Below, in pieces: positions 52,049 to 61,704 of a stretch of 63,810 nucleotides of DNA. The stretch is from Candidatus Limnocylindria bacterium. GTDB taxonomy: Bacteria > Chloroflexota > Limnocylindria > QHBO01. Location: assembly GCA_036380455.1 (NCBI GenBank), contig DASVEQ010000035.1, positions 1 to 63,810 of the forward strand. The letters run 5' to 3'. A program made the translations under genes and the position numbers. Under the pieces are notes generated by a model that saw nothing but the letters and a program-made list of their open reading frames with translations, was not told the DNA's origin and did no database searches. The stretch's first letter is position 1. Every line of letters begins with the position of its first letter.

Positions 52049-54742
52049 ATGAGCGGTCCATGGGACCGGCCGACCCCGGATCCGGATGCGGACTGGCCCA
52101 CGGAGGACCTCGAGCCCTCTCGGCAGCCTGACCCGCAGCAGTCCGAGGGCGACGCGTGGGCCTCCGCTCCCGGAGATCTCTGGCCGGACTCGTCGCCCGA
52201 CGCCGCGCCGGCCTGGGGCGACTGGTCAGCACCCGCGCAACCTGACGAATACGTCGTCGACGAGCCTCAGCCCACGCTGAGCGATCCGTGGGCTGAGTCC
52301 TGGACCGACGAGGCTCCCGATCCGTTCGCCCCGTCCGGTGAGCCGCGGCTCGACGACCGCCGTGAGGCGGTGCCGGCGGCGCCGATCGAGGAGCCCACGG
52401 TTCCAATCGACCGTGCGCCGCCCGAGCCGGAAGCCCCATGGCGTCCCGCGGCGCCGTCGGAGGACGAGGCGCCCGAGGCCGATGCCCCGATCGCCGAGAC
52501 GGACACCGCACGCTGGATGCCCCCCGAGGAGCCTGCCCCGCCGGCCATCGAGCCGTGGGCCGTCGACACGGATCCATGGGGTTCCGCCGCGCCCGTCGAG
52601 CCGGCGATCGACGAAGCGCCCGTCGACACGGCGGCGGTCGACGAGGGGACCTCCGATGTCGCGGCACCGCCGGATGAGCCGGCGGTGGCCGAGGCACTCC
52701 CGGAGGAGCCGGATGCCGGCGAGCCGATCGCGCCCGCGCCGCGAACCGCTCCCTCGTGGCTGCCCGATTGGCTCGCGGAGCCGCTTCCGGAAGCCGAGCC
52801 CGAGCCCGAACCAGGGCCGGATCTCGAGCCGGAGCCGGAACCCGAACCGGAGCCGGAACCCGAACCGGAGCCGGAACCCGGGCCGGATCTCGAGCCGGAG
52901 CCAGAACCCGAACCGGAGCTCGAGCCTGAGCCCGAACCGGAACCCGAACCGGAGCCGGAACCCGAACCGGAGCCGGAACCCGAACCGGAGCCGGAACCCG
53001 AACCGGAGCTGGAACCCGAACCGGAGCCGGAACCCGAGCCCGAACCCGAACCCGAACCGGAGCCGGAACCGGAGCCCGAGCCGGAGCCTGTTGTCGCCGA
53101 CGACGCGGCGCCCGTCGCGAGCTGGCGGCGGTTCGTACCGTGGCCAGCCTCAGCCGTACCCACCGTGCCGGACGCGGAGCCTGGGGCCGAGGCGGAACCC
53201 GAGCCGGAGCCCGAGCCTGAACTGGAACCGGAGCCGCAACCCGAGCGAGAACCGGAGCCGGAGCCCGAGCCAGAACCGGATCCCGAAACCGGGTCTGCGT
53301 GGGACAACGATGAGCTGTGGCCAACACCAGCTCCACCGGACGTCGCGGAGTCCGAATCCGTGGCCGACGCGCCGTGGCCTCCCATCTCTCCGTGGGCCAC
53401 GCCGACCGCCGAGGTCGACGAGATCGAAACCCAGCCGGGGACAGCCGGACCGCACCCGGGGACGGAGGCCCCCGAGTCGACACAGGTGTTCCCAACCTCC
53501 TGGTCGCCGGCACCGCCACCCGCCGTCGATGAACGTCGCGTCCTCGAGCCGGTGGAGGGCGAGGCGCGGACGCGGCTGGCGATCCCGGACGCTGACCTCG
53601 ACGAACAGGGGGAGCCGGAACCGTCCACCGCCGAGCAGGCAGTGCCGTGGCTCATCGGCTTCATCCTGCTGCTGGCGGGAATGGTGATCGTGCTGTTGGC
53701 GCTGATCTTCGCCGGAGACGAGTCGCTGGGGGCCGGGGGGCCGGGCGCATCGGCGTCCGAACCGGCGGTGGCCTCCCCGACCGTGGCGGCAACGACGCCG
53801 CCGACGCCGGAGCCGAGCAACACGGACGATCCCGACGGCAGCGCATCGCCGTCGGAGGCGGCAGTGCCCGCACCCGAGTTCGGGCCGCTCGAGATGGTCT
53901 ACCAGGGTCGGGCGGCGGCGCTCGCGCCGATCTACCTGCTGCGCCACGACTTCACGACCGAGGACGAGCCTTTCACGATGGCCCAGGATCCCAGCCTCGA
54001 CGTGCGACGTTTCGCCTGGGCGCCGGACGGCACGGTGGGCGCCGGGCTGCTCGCCGACATCCTCGTCTCGATCGAGGAGGGCGAGGACAAGCGACGGCTC
54101 GGCGACGAGATCGTCACCATCACCTTCGGCAAGAACGCTTCCACGGTGTACGCGGTGCGGATCACGGAGGATGGGGCGAATGACGTCGCGACGGTCCTCG
54201 CGATCGACTTCGCGTCCGGCGAGACGGACGAGCTGGCGAGCATCAACTATCCACGTCCGGAGATCGCGGCGGAGGCCGCGTTGGCCGAAGCGCAGTTCGC
54301 CGATGACGGCGGCGCGGTGCGCCTGTACTGGATGCGCTCCGGCTCGCTGCGCCTCTGGGCGCTCGGCGGCGGCACGTGGGACATCGACCCGGCGAGCGGC
54401 GCGGTGACGGACCTGGAGGAGGCCGTGCCCGCCCTATGGGCGCCCGACGGCCGCCAGCGGATCTCGATGAGCGAGGACGGCGGCACGACCACCATCACGG
54501 TAGTCGACGCCGACGACGAGACGCTGGCCACCACGACCGCCGACGGGCTGGTGAGCCACATCCGATGGTCGCCGGACGGCGAGCGCGTCGTGTTCACGCT
54601 CGGTCGATCGGCATCGGGCGGCGGCATTCTCCAGGACCTCTTCCTCTGGGACCTCGGCAAAGAACCGCCGATGCAGCTGACCTCGACCGGCGCCGCCTTC
54701 GGCGCCGAGTGGCTCGGCGCGTCCGCGCGCTGGCAGGACTGA
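52049..54742 (+). CDS. Large acidic protein: ~530-aa Trp/Pro/Asp/Glu-rich disordered N-terminus with (Glu-Pro)n tracts, one TM helix, and a PD40/TolB-like beta-propeller-type C-terminal domain
   Basis: There is no N-terminal signal peptide. TM helix [25 protein letters not shown]. The C-terminal repeats include WAPDG, WAPDGRQ and [10 protein letters not shown]. Confidence 0.8.
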   Translation: MSGPWDRPTPDPDADWPTEDLEPSRQPDPQQSEGDAWASAPGDLWPDSSPDAAPAWGDWSAPAQPDEYVVDEPQPTLSDPWAESWTDEAPDPFAPSGEPRLDDRREAVPAAPIEEPTVPIDRAPPEPEAPWRPAAPSEDEAPEADAPIAETDTARWMPPEEPAPPAIEPWAVDTDPWGSAAPVEPAIDEAPVDTAAVDEGTSDVAAPPDEPAVAEALPEEPDAGEPIAPAPRTAPSWLPDWLAEPLPEAEPEPEPGPDLEPEPEPEPEPEPEPEPEPGPDLEPEPEPEPELEPEPEPEPEPEPEPEPEPEPEPEPEPEPELEPEPEPEPEPEPEPEPEPEPEPEPEPVVADDAAPVASWRRFVPWPASAVPTVPDAEPGAEAEPEPEPEPELEPEPQPEREPEPEPEPEPDPETGSAWDNDELWPTPAPPDVAESESVADAPWPPISPWATPTAEVDEIETQPGTAGPHPGTEAPESTQVFPTSWSPAPPPAVDERRVLEPVEGEARTRLAIPDADLDEQGEPEPSTAEQAVPWLIGFILLLAGMVIVLLALIFAGDESLGAGGPGASASEPAVASPTVAATTPPTPEPSNTDDPDGSASPSEAAVPAPEFGPLEMVYQGRAAALAPIYLLRHDFTTEDEPFTMAQDPSLDVRRFAWAPDGTVGAGLLADILVSIEEGEDKRRLGDEIVTITFGKNASTVYAVRITEDGANDVATVLAIDFASGETDELASINYPRPEIAAEAALAEAQFADDGGAVRLYWMRSGSLRLWALGGGTWDIDPASGAVTDLEEAVPALWAPDGRQRISMSEDGGTTTITVVDADDETLATTTADGLVSHIRWSPDGERVVFTLGRSASGGGILQDLFLWDLGKEPPMQLTSTGAAFGAEWLGASARWQD
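52793..53089 (+). repeat. In-CDS hexanucleotide-based repeat encoding ~100 residues of (Glu-Pro)n with an embedded [22 protein letters not shown] higher-order repeat
   Basis: GAGCCG/GAACCC iterations read directly. Confidence 0.9.
53175..53290 (+). repeat. Second in-CDS (Glu-Pro)n tract
   Basis: It encodes [32 protein letters not shown]. Confidence 0.85.
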
Positions 54743-54747
54743 GTCCG

Positions 54748-55071
54748 ATGCCCGACATCGTGAACCCCATCGGCGTAGAGCTCGACGAGACCGCGCGTCG
54801 CATGCGCATCCGCTGGGACGACGGCCACCTCGGGGACTGGTCGTGGCTGACCCTCCGCCGCGCGTGTCCGTGCGCGCTCTGCTCGGGCGAGGGGAGCCTG
54901 CCGGGCATCGTGACGCTGGAGACGGCCTTCACCGAGGAGCAGACCCGGATGAACGAGGTGCGCTGGATCGGCCGATACGCCCTTGCGCCGATCTGGGCGG
55001 ACGGCCACGACACCGGCCTGTTCACGTATACGAAGCTCCGCGAGCTGTGCGAGTGCCCGGAGCACGCCTGA
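54748..55071 (+). CDS. DUF971-family protein (gamma-butyrobetaine-hydroxylase N-terminal-like, Cys-rich)
   Basis: IRWDDGH...LRRACPCALC...YALAPIWADGHDTGLF...LRELCECPE. Confidence 0.75.
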   Translation: MPDIVNPIGVELDETARRMRIRWDDGHLGDWSWLTLRRACPCALCSGEGSLPGIVTLETAFTEEQTRMNEVRWIGRYALAPIWADGHDTGLFTYTKLRELCECPEHA

Positions 55072-55922
55072 CCTTCCGGGACGGCTTCACGCTGGCGCTG
55101 GGAGGCGGCGGGGCACGCGGCTGGGCCCACATCGGCGTGGCGCGCGCGCTCCAGGCCCAGGGGATGCGGCCGACGCGGATCGTCGGCACGAGCATGGGCG
55201 CGATCATCGGCGCCGGCATGGCGGCCGGCCACTCGCCGGAGGAGATGGAGGCCGTCGCGCGGAGAACGTCGGTGTACCGCCACATGCGCCGGGGCCGGCT
55301 TGCCCTGTTCGATGCCCACGAGCTGCTGGTGCGGACGGCGGCCGCGCTCGGGAACCCGCGCATCGAGGAGCTGCCACACCCGCTCGGAGTGACCACCTAT
55401 GACCTCGTCGCCGGTCGACCGGCGCTCATCACCAGCGGGCCGCTGGTCGAGGCGCTCGAGAAGAGCATCGCGGTGCCGTTCTTCCTTCCGCCGAAGCGCG
55501 ACGCGGCGGGCGTGTGGTGTGACGCCGGACCCTGGGAGGGGGTGCCGGTCACGCTCGCGCGCGTATGGGCGCCCGACCAGCCGGTGATCGGGGTCCTGGC
55601 CGACATCCCGAAGCCGGCGTTCCTTGCCAGCCGGATGGGCGCGGCCACGCTGCGCCGAGCGTCGGCCAGGCTGGCGCCCCGCGATGGAGGCGAGCGGCTC
55701 ACCGCTCGTCGCTACCTGTCGCTGCTGACGGCGCGCTGGGCCGAGCCGGTCGTCGTCGAACCGCCCGACCTGCTCATCGCGCCGCGCCTGCGCTGGATGA
55801 ACGCGCTCCAGTTCGGCAACATCGGGCGGGCGATCGCGATCGGGGAGCGCGACGCGTTGGCCGCGCTGGCGACCATCGGCGCGCCCCGACCGATCCGTAG
55901 CGAGGTGACTCCTGGTGCCTGA
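55053..55922 (+). CDS. Patatin-like phospholipase
   Basis: The oxyanion motif GGGGARG, the nucleophile elbow GTSMG and a later D-A-G are present. The GTG start (55053 or 55047) overlaps the DUF971 gene end. Confidence 0.8.
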   Translation: MPGARLTFRDGFTLALGGGGARGWAHIGVARALQAQGMRPTRIVGTSMGAIIGAGMAAGHSPEEMEAVARRTSVYRHMRRGRLALFDAHELLVRTAAALGNPRIEELPHPLGVTTYDLVAGRPALITSGPLVEALEKSIAVPFFLPPKRDAAGVWCDAGPWEGVPVTLARVWAPDQPVIGVLADIPKPAFLASRMGAATLRRASARLAPRDGGERLTARRYLSLLTARWAEPVVVEPPDLLIAPRLRWMNALQFGNIGRAIAIGERDALAALATIGAPRPIRSEVTPGA

Positions 55923-56847
55923 GGCCCACGGCGGCGTCCTGTTCGTGCACGCGCATCCCGACGACGAGTCGATGGCCACCGGCGGCACGATCGCCCGGCT
56001 CGTGGCCGAGGGCACGCGCGTCGACCTCGTCACCTGCACCGATGGCGCCGAGGGCGAGATCCACGACCCCACCCTGGACCCCGAGGAGGCGCGCCCGCGG
56101 CTGGCCGCCATCCGCGTGGACGAGCTCGCCTGCTCGGTCGCGGCGCTCGGCGGCGGCGCCATCCACCAGCACCTCCTCGGATACCGGGATTCGGGGATGA
56201 TGGGCACCGATTCCAATTCGCACCCCGACTGTTTCTGGCAGGCCGACGTCGAGGCCGCGACGCGCCGGCTCATCGAGGTCGTCCGGGCCGCGCGCCCCTC
56301 CGCGATCGTGAGCTACGACGAGAACGGCAACTACGGGCATCCCGACCACATCAACGCCGCCCGGATCGCCCGGGAGGCGTACCGCTGGTCGCAGGGGACG
56401 GACTGGGCCGTGAGCCGCTTCTACGAGGTGGCCTTCCACCGCGATGCCTGGTTCGGTCTGATGACGGAGATGAAGGCGCGGGGCATTCCGCTGCCGTGGG
56501 ACATGGACGCCGTCACCGACGCGACTCCGGCCGATGAGCTGAACCCGACCAACGCCGCCGCCCTCGGCCAGGTGGCGGAGTCGCTCGACGAGGGCGCCGC
56601 CACCTCCTGGGAAGAGAGCTTCGGCCGCGCCGACGAGGAGGTCACCACACGGGTCGACGTGTCCGGCCACCGTGCGGTCAAACGGGCGAGCATGGACTGT
56701 CACAAGACCCAGCGGCAGGACCTCGGTTGGCTGCTCGACCTTCCCGCCGACCTCGCCGATCGCGCCATCGAGACGGAGTACTACGTCCTCCGCTGGCTCG
56801 CCGGCGAGGAGGTGCCAGCGTCGCACCGGGAGACGTGGCTCCTGTAG
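55915..56847 (+). CDS. PIG-L family deacetylase (Mca/MshB-like)
   Basis: VHAHPDDES and YGHPDHINA Zn-binding motifs. The GTG start overlaps the patatin gene stop. Confidence 0.8.
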   Translation: MPEAHGGVLFVHAHPDDESMATGGTIARLVAEGTRVDLVTCTDGAEGEIHDPTLDPEEARPRLAAIRVDELACSVAALGGGAIHQHLLGYRDSGMMGTDSNSHPDCFWQADVEAATRRLIEVVRAARPSAIVSYDENGNYGHPDHINAARIAREAYRWSQGTDWAVSRFYEVAFHRDAWFGLMTEMKARGIPLPWDMDAVTDATPADELNPTNAAALGQVAESLDEGAATSWEESFGRADEEVTTRVDVSGHRAVKRASMDCHKTQRQDLGWLLDLPADLADRAIETEYYVLRWLAGEEVPASHRETWLL

Positions 56848-56854
56848 GGCTCGC

Positions 56855-57038
56855 GACTCGGACAACGCTCCCATGGCGGCATATTCTCCGAGTCGAGAGA
56901 CTCCGACTCGGATAACGGCCGCCTGGCGGCACGATATGTGGCAGATCCGTGCGCTCCACACGTCCGCCACGCCCGCATGGACCCGTCTTCGGCACCATCG
57001 GCCACGTAATGGTCACGGAGCGGCACGTTATCCGAGTC
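56855..57038 (+). repeat. MITE/REP-like element, copy 3 (arms at 56855, 56883, 56905; 110-nt interior; terminal arm at 57027)
   Basis: GACTCGGACAAC, ATTCTCCGAGTC, GACTCGGATAAC, N110, GTTATCCGAGTC. Confidence 0.85.
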
Positions 57039-57102
57039 CAGCCCGTGCGGCGGCCCAGCGCACCCCGATCCTGGAGGGGCCGGAGCGGTACCATGCGCCG
57101 GC

Positions 57103-57753
57103 ATGTCGAACCGCACCCTGAACCTCACCGACGACCTGCTCGCCTATGTCCGCCGGCACGGGGTCCGCGAGCCCGCCGTCCTCGAGCGGCTGCGCGAGGA
57201 CACCGCCCGGATGCCGATGGCGCAGATGCAGATCGCGCCGGAGCAGGGCGCCTTCATGGCGCTCCTCGTCAAGCTCACCGGGGCGACCCGCATCCTCGAG
57301 ATCGGCACGTTCACCGGTTACAGCTCGACCGCCATGGCGCTCGTGCTGCCGCCGGACGGCCGCATCACCTGCCTGGACGTGAGCCGCGAGTGGACCGATC
57401 GCGCGCAGGAGGCATGGCGTGACGCCGGCGTGGCCGATCGCGTGGATCTTCGCATCGGCCCTGCCATCGAGAGCCTGCGCGAGCTCGAGGACGATGCGTT
57501 CGACCTCGCCTTCATCGACGCGGACAAGAACTCGTACGACGCCTACTACGAGGGCTGCCTGAGAGTCGTTCGGCCGGGCGGCCTGATCCTCATCGACAAC
57601 GTCCTCCAGGCTGGCCGGGTGGCCGAGGCAGGCGCCGATGACGCGAACGTCGCCGCCATTCGCGCCCTGAACGAGAAGATCGCCGTCGACGATCGGGTCG
57701 ACATGACCATCCTGCCGGTGGCCGACGGCCTGACGATGGCCCGCGTCCGCTAG
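57103..57753 (+). CDS. Class I SAM-dependent O-methyltransferase (caffeoyl-CoA OMT-like)
   Basis: LEIGTFTGYS (motif I), FIDADKNSY and LILIDNVL. Confidence 0.85.
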   Translation: MSNRTLNLTDDLLAYVRRHGVREPAVLERLREDTARMPMAQMQIAPEQGAFMALLVKLTGATRILEIGTFTGYSSTAMALVLPPDGRITCLDVSREWTDRAQEAWRDAGVADRVDLRIGPAIESLRELEDDAFDLAFIDADKNSYDAYYEGCLRVVRPGGLILIDNVLQAGRVAEAGADDANVAAIRALNEKIAVDDRVDMTILPVADGLTMARVR

Positions 57754-57760
57754 CCGCCGG

Positions 57761-59071
57761 ATGTCGCTGGAGACCCCGACGCCGAGACAGCCGTCGGAAT
57801 CGGAGCTCGCCGCCGTCGCGCCCCACCGCCCCTCGCTGTGGCGTCAGCGCGACTTCATGAAGCTGTGGACCGGCCAGACGATCAGCCAGTTCGGCGACGA
57901 GATCACCCTCCTGGCGCTTCCGTTTCTGGCCATCGTGGACCTCGGCGCCGATGCGTTCGAAATGGGCATCCTCGGGGTCGTCCGCTTCCTGCCATGGATC
58001 GCCTTCACGCTGCCCGCCGGGGTGTGGGTCGATCGGATGCGGCGGCGGCCGATTCTCATCGGCGCCGATCTCGCCCGCGCCGCTGTCCTGGCCTCGATCC
58101 CGCTCGCCTTCCTCGGAGGCTGGCTGACGCTGGTCCAGGTCTATCTCGTCGCCTTCCTGGCGGGGACGTTGGAGGTCTTCTTCGACGTCGCCTACCAGTC
58201 CTACCTGCCGAGCATCGTCCAGCGCGACGAGCTCGTCGAGGGCAACTCGAAGCTCGAGCTCTCGCGCGCGGGATCCTCGGTCGTCGGTCCCACGGTCGCC
58301 GGATTTCTCGTCGAGCTGGTGCGGGCTCCGTTCGCGATCGCCTTCGACGCGATCAGCTACCTCGGCGCGGCGCTGTTCATCGGCCTGATCCACCGTCCCG
58401 AGCCCGTGCCTGCGAAGCACGACCCCGCGGACGGCAGGCGGCCGACCATGTGGCAGGAGGCACGCGCGGGCCTGACCTACGTTCGTGACAGTCCGTACCT
58501 GCGCAACATCGCGGCATGCACCGGCTCAGCCAATCTGTTCGCGAACATCGGCGGGGTCGTCACGCTGCTCTACCTCGTGCGGGAGCTGGAGCTGAGCGCG
58601 GGCACCATCGGCCTCATCTTCGCCATCGGCAACATCGGCGTCGTCATCGGCGCACTCACCGGCGGACGAGTGGCCAGGGCGATGGGGATCGGTCCGACCA
58701 TCGTCGTCGCGGCCATGCTGAGCGGGGTGGCGCTCGCGTTCGTGCCGCTCGCGCCGCGCGACGATCCGTTCTGGTTCCTCGTGATCGGCGGGATCATCGG
58801 CGGCTGGAGCGTCGTGACCTACAACGTGAACCAGGTCGGATTGCGGCAGGCGATCACGCCGCACAACATGCTGGGACGGATGAACGCCACGATGCGCCTG
58901 ATCGTGTGGGGAACGATCCCGATCGGATCGCTGGCCGGCGGCATTCTCGGGACCGCCATCGGCTTCCAGTCGGTCCTGTGGATCTCCGCCGCCGGTGCCT
59001 TCCTCGCCTTCCTGCCGGTCTTCCTCTCGCCCGTGCGAACCCTGCGCGAGATCCCGGCGCAGGCCGAATGA
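57761..59071 (+). CDS. MFS transporter (EntS/MFS_3-like), paralogue C
   Basis: RDFMKLWTGQTISQFGDEIT, GVWVDRMRRRP, about 12 TM segments. Confidence 0.85.
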   Translation: MSLETPTPRQPSESELAAVAPHRPSLWRQRDFMKLWTGQTISQFGDEITLLALPFLAIVDLGADAFEMGILGVVRFLPWIAFTLPAGVWVDRMRRRPILIGADLARAAVLASIPLAFLGGWLTLVQVYLVAFLAGTLEVFFDVAYQSYLPSIVQRDELVEGNSKLELSRAGSSVVGPTVAGFLVELVRAPFAIAFDAISYLGAALFIGLIHRPEPVPAKHDPADGRRPTMWQEARAGLTYVRDSPYLRNIAACTGSANLFANIGGVVTLLYLVRELELSAGTIGLIFAIGNIGVVIGALTGGRVARAMGIGPTIVVAAMLSGVALAFVPLAPRDDPFWFLVIGGIIGGWSVVTYNVNQVGLRQAITPHNMLGRMNATMRLIVWGTIPIGSLAGGILGTAIGFQSVLWISAAGAFLAFLPVFLSPVRTLREIPAQAE

Positions 59072-59940
59072 CGCTCATCTCGTCGCCGATGCGGTGCTCG
59101 GCGCGGTCCGAGGAGCTCGGCGAGCCGATGATCGGCAGCGTCGATCAGCGTGTTCGCTGGCTGCTCGTCGAGGACCGCAGCGCGTGGGGCGAGAAGGCCG
59201 TGCGCGAGGTGCTGGGCGCAGGCCTCGAGGCCGCGGCGAAGGAGCGCGGGATGCGGCTCCTGCTCATTCGCCGCCGGGAGGGCGACCCGGCCGCCGATGC
59301 GGTCCGTCGCGCGTTCCTCGTCGACACCGAGGCGGGCGCGATGGCCGTTCGTTCCGTGTCGTCGCTCGACGAGCTGCCCGCCCTCCTGGACCTGCCGGTG
59401 GCCGACTTTGGCGCTCCGCTGTCAGATCCGATCCTCCTCGTCTGCACGAACGGCAAGCGCGACGCCTGCTGCGCCCTGCGCGGGCGGGCGCTGGTCACCG
59501 CGCTGGCTGCTGACCATGGCGAGCGAACCTGGGAGTGCACCCACCTCGGCGGTCACCGCTTCGCGGGCAACCTCGTCTGCCTTCCCCACGGGATTGTCTA
59601 CGGCCGGGTGAGCCCGGCGGATGGGCCTCGCCTGGCCGATGCGTACCTAGAGGGTCGGCTGGATCCCGCGTTGCTGCGCGGACGATCCGCGTGGCCTGTA
59701 CCGGCGCAGGTGGCCGAGCAGGCACTCCGCCAGTCACGCAGCCTGTTCGGGCTGGATGACGTGGCACTGGTGGACGTCGCCGTCGCCGGGGACGACGCGA
59801 GCGTCGTTCTTGCGGCTGTCGGCCGGATCCATCACTACGACCTTGTCGCGGAACGGGGTGATCCCCGTCCGATCAGCTGTCGGGCCGACGAGTCGGAGAG
59901 CCCCGAGCACTGGCGGGTCGATGATGCCCCCGCCCGTTGA
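59068..59940 (+). CDS. Sucrase/ferredoxin-like (thioredoxin-like [2Fe-2S]) family protein
   Basis: CTNGKRDACC and CTHLGGHRFAGN motifs. ATGA overlap with the upstream MFS gene. Confidence 0.75.
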   Translation: MTLISSPMRCSARSEELGEPMIGSVDQRVRWLLVEDRSAWGEKAVREVLGAGLEAAAKERGMRLLLIRRREGDPAADAVRRAFLVDTEAGAMAVRSVSSLDELPALLDLPVADFGAPLSDPILLVCTNGKRDACCALRGRALVTALAADHGERTWECTHLGGHRFAGNLVCLPHGIVYGRVSPADGPRLADAYLEGRLDPALLRGRSAWPVPAQVAEQALRQSRSLFGLDDVALVDVAVAGDDASVVLAAVGRIHHYDLVAERGDPRPISCRADESESPEHWRVDDAPAR

Positions 59941-60065
59941 CCCGCGCCACGAGTCAATGGCCGCCTGAGGCGCGGCTCAGACGCGATCCACCCGTGAGTG
60001 CGGGTCATCCGATGCCGGAGCGGGGCCCTCCGGGTGCTCCGGCAGCCGGAGACCCGTTGGCCGGG

Positions 60066-60476
60066 TCAACGGCGCGGGACCTGCGCGTCCAGTTCCTGAA
60101 ACAGGGTGAGCTGGAGTCCCGCCGGGGCGGCGAGGCGCGCGTTCAGCGACCTCCACGGCGTCTCGGTCGGCGGTGCGATGAGCTCGGCGCCGGCGTCGAC
60201 GAGGCGCCGGGTGCCCACGGCCGCATCGGCGACCTCGAAGGCGACCCGCAGGCGGGGTGCGACCTGGCGGCCGACCTCGACCTCGTCGATGTACCGCTTC
60301 TGAGCCGGATTCGCCAGCTCGAGGGTCGCGCGGCCGGCGTCGAGGATCGTGACCTGCGCACCGTCGGGGCCGGCGATGGCCAGCTCCTCGGGTAGTCCGA
60401 GGACGTCGCGGTAGAAGCGCACGGCCTCGTCGTAGTCCTCCGCCTCCACGACGAGGCGCATCTGCAGCACACCCAT
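60066..60476 (-). CDS. VOC/glyoxalase-family protein
   Basis: MRLVVEAEDYDEAVRFYRDVLGL... and PWRSLNARLAAPAGLQLTLF. Confidence 0.75.
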   Translation of the reverse strand: MGVLQMRLVVEAEDYDEAVRFYRDVLGLPEELAIAGPDGAQVTILDAGRATLELANPAQKRYIDEVEVGRQVAPRLRVAFEVADAAVGTRRLVDAGAELIAPPTETPWRSLNARLAAPAGLQLTLFQELDAQVPRR

Positions 60477-60564
60477 GCCGCGAGAATAGGCCGATGAACG
60501 ATCCGATCGCGCGGTTCATCGACGGGATCGGCGAGGAGCTCCGACCCGGCGCCCCTCCGACCCC

Positions 60565-61701
60565 GTGACCATGCCGGCCGACCTGCTGCGGGAGGCGGCC
60601 GGGCGCTGGGGCACGCCGCTGTACATCACCGACCTCGACGAGGCGGCGGGCCATGCGCGTGCCTGGCAGGGGTCGCGGGCCGGCGTGCTCGTGGCGTACG
60701 CCGTCAAGGCGAACGCGGACCCCGCCCTCCTCCGCCGGCTGGCGAGCGACGGCATCGGCTTCGAGGTCGTCGGCCCGGTCGAGCTGGCGCTGGCGCTGCG
60801 GGCAGGGGCGACGCCGGAACGGATCGTCGTCAACGGCGTCGGCCAAACCGATGCCGACCTCCGCGACGCGCTCGCCACCGGCGCCCTCGTGAACGCCGAG
60901 TCGCTCGGCGCGCTCCACGCGCTGGTGGCGGCTGGACCGGGTCGCATCGGGCTCCGCCTGAACCCGGCGCTCGAGGCGGCCACCCACCCCCACCTCGCGA
61001 CCGGGTCGGAGCTCTCGAAGTTCGGGATCGCCCTCGAGGAGCTGCCGCAAGCCGTGGCCCGGGCCCGGGGCGCGGGCAGGACGATCTCCTCGATCGGCGC
61101 CCACATCGGCTCCGACATCGGTGACCTCGCGCTGTTCGTGCGTCTGGCGGCGCTCCTCGGCAGGCTCGCCGGCGACCTGGGCGTCGAGCGCATCGACCTG
61201 GGCGGGGGCTTTGCCGGCGATCCCACGCGATATGCCGAGGCGATCCGGCCCTACCTCCCGGACCGACTCGGAGTGATCGTCGAGCCGGGCCGGGCCATCG
61301 TGGCGGAGGCCGGCTGGCTGATCGCCCGCGTCGTGCGCGTCCAGGCGCGCGGCCACCTCGTCGCCGATGCCGGGATGACCGAGCTGCTGCGACCGATGCT
61401 GTACGGCGCCCGGCACCCCGTGAGCCTGCTCGAGCCCGGCGCTGACGTCCCGGTCCGCCGGTGGACGCTGGCAGGACCGATCTGCGAGGCGGGCGATCTC
61501 CTGGCCGAGAACGTGGACCTCGGCGCCCGGAGCGGCGAAGGCGCGCTGCTGGCCATCGGGGAGGTGGGCGCCTATGGCCTGGCCATGGCCTCGAGCTACA
61601 ACGGTCGGCTGCGTCCGGCGCAGGCCGTGATCGAACGTGGCGAGATCCGGCTCAGTCGGCGGCGAGAGACGCTCGAGGACGTTCTGGCACGGGACATCTG
61701 A
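60565..61701 (+). CDS. lysA: Diaminopimelate decarboxylase-like PLP-dependent decarboxylase (short form)
   Basis: AYAVKAN (PLP Lys), the EPGRAIVA motif, GPICEAGD and YNGRLRPA. Start at GTG 60565 or ATG 60571. Confidence 0.8.
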   Translation: MTMPADLLREAAGRWGTPLYITDLDEAAGHARAWQGSRAGVLVAYAVKANADPALLRRLASDGIGFEVVGPVELALALRAGATPERIVVNGVGQTDADLRDALATGALVNAESLGALHALVAAGPGRIGLRLNPALEAATHPHLATGSELSKFGIALEELPQAVARARGAGRTISSIGAHIGSDIGDLALFVRLAALLGRLAGDLGVERIDLGGGFAGDPTRYAEAIRPYLPDRLGVIVEPGRAIVAEAGWLIARVVRVQARGHLVADAGMTELLRPMLYGARHPVSLLEPGADVPVRRWTLAGPICEAGDLLAENVDLGARSGEGALLAIGEVGAYGLAMASSYNGRLRPAQAVIERGEIRLSRRRETLEDVLARDI

Positions 61702-61704
61702 GCG

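Noticed and set aside
51972-53823. 515-aa and 518-aa minus-strand ORFs, and a 449-aa plus-strand alternative-frame ORF, across the (Glu-Pro)n region
   Set aside because: They translate the hexanucleotide repeat in other frames or on the other strand (SGSGSG..., [10 protein letters not shown]..., RNPNRS...). The EP frame continues into a TM helix and a PD40-like domain, so it is the coherent one.
60494-60568. 24-codon upstream ORF (MNDPIARFIDGIGEELRPGAPPTP) whose TGA overlaps the lysA GTG, plus an inverted repeat GATGAAC...GTTCATC at 60493-60521
   Set aside because: A short ORF of this size is expected by chance in GC-rich DNA. It has no Lys codons to suggest attenuation and no obvious RBS or -10 box. 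I note it but cannot support it.
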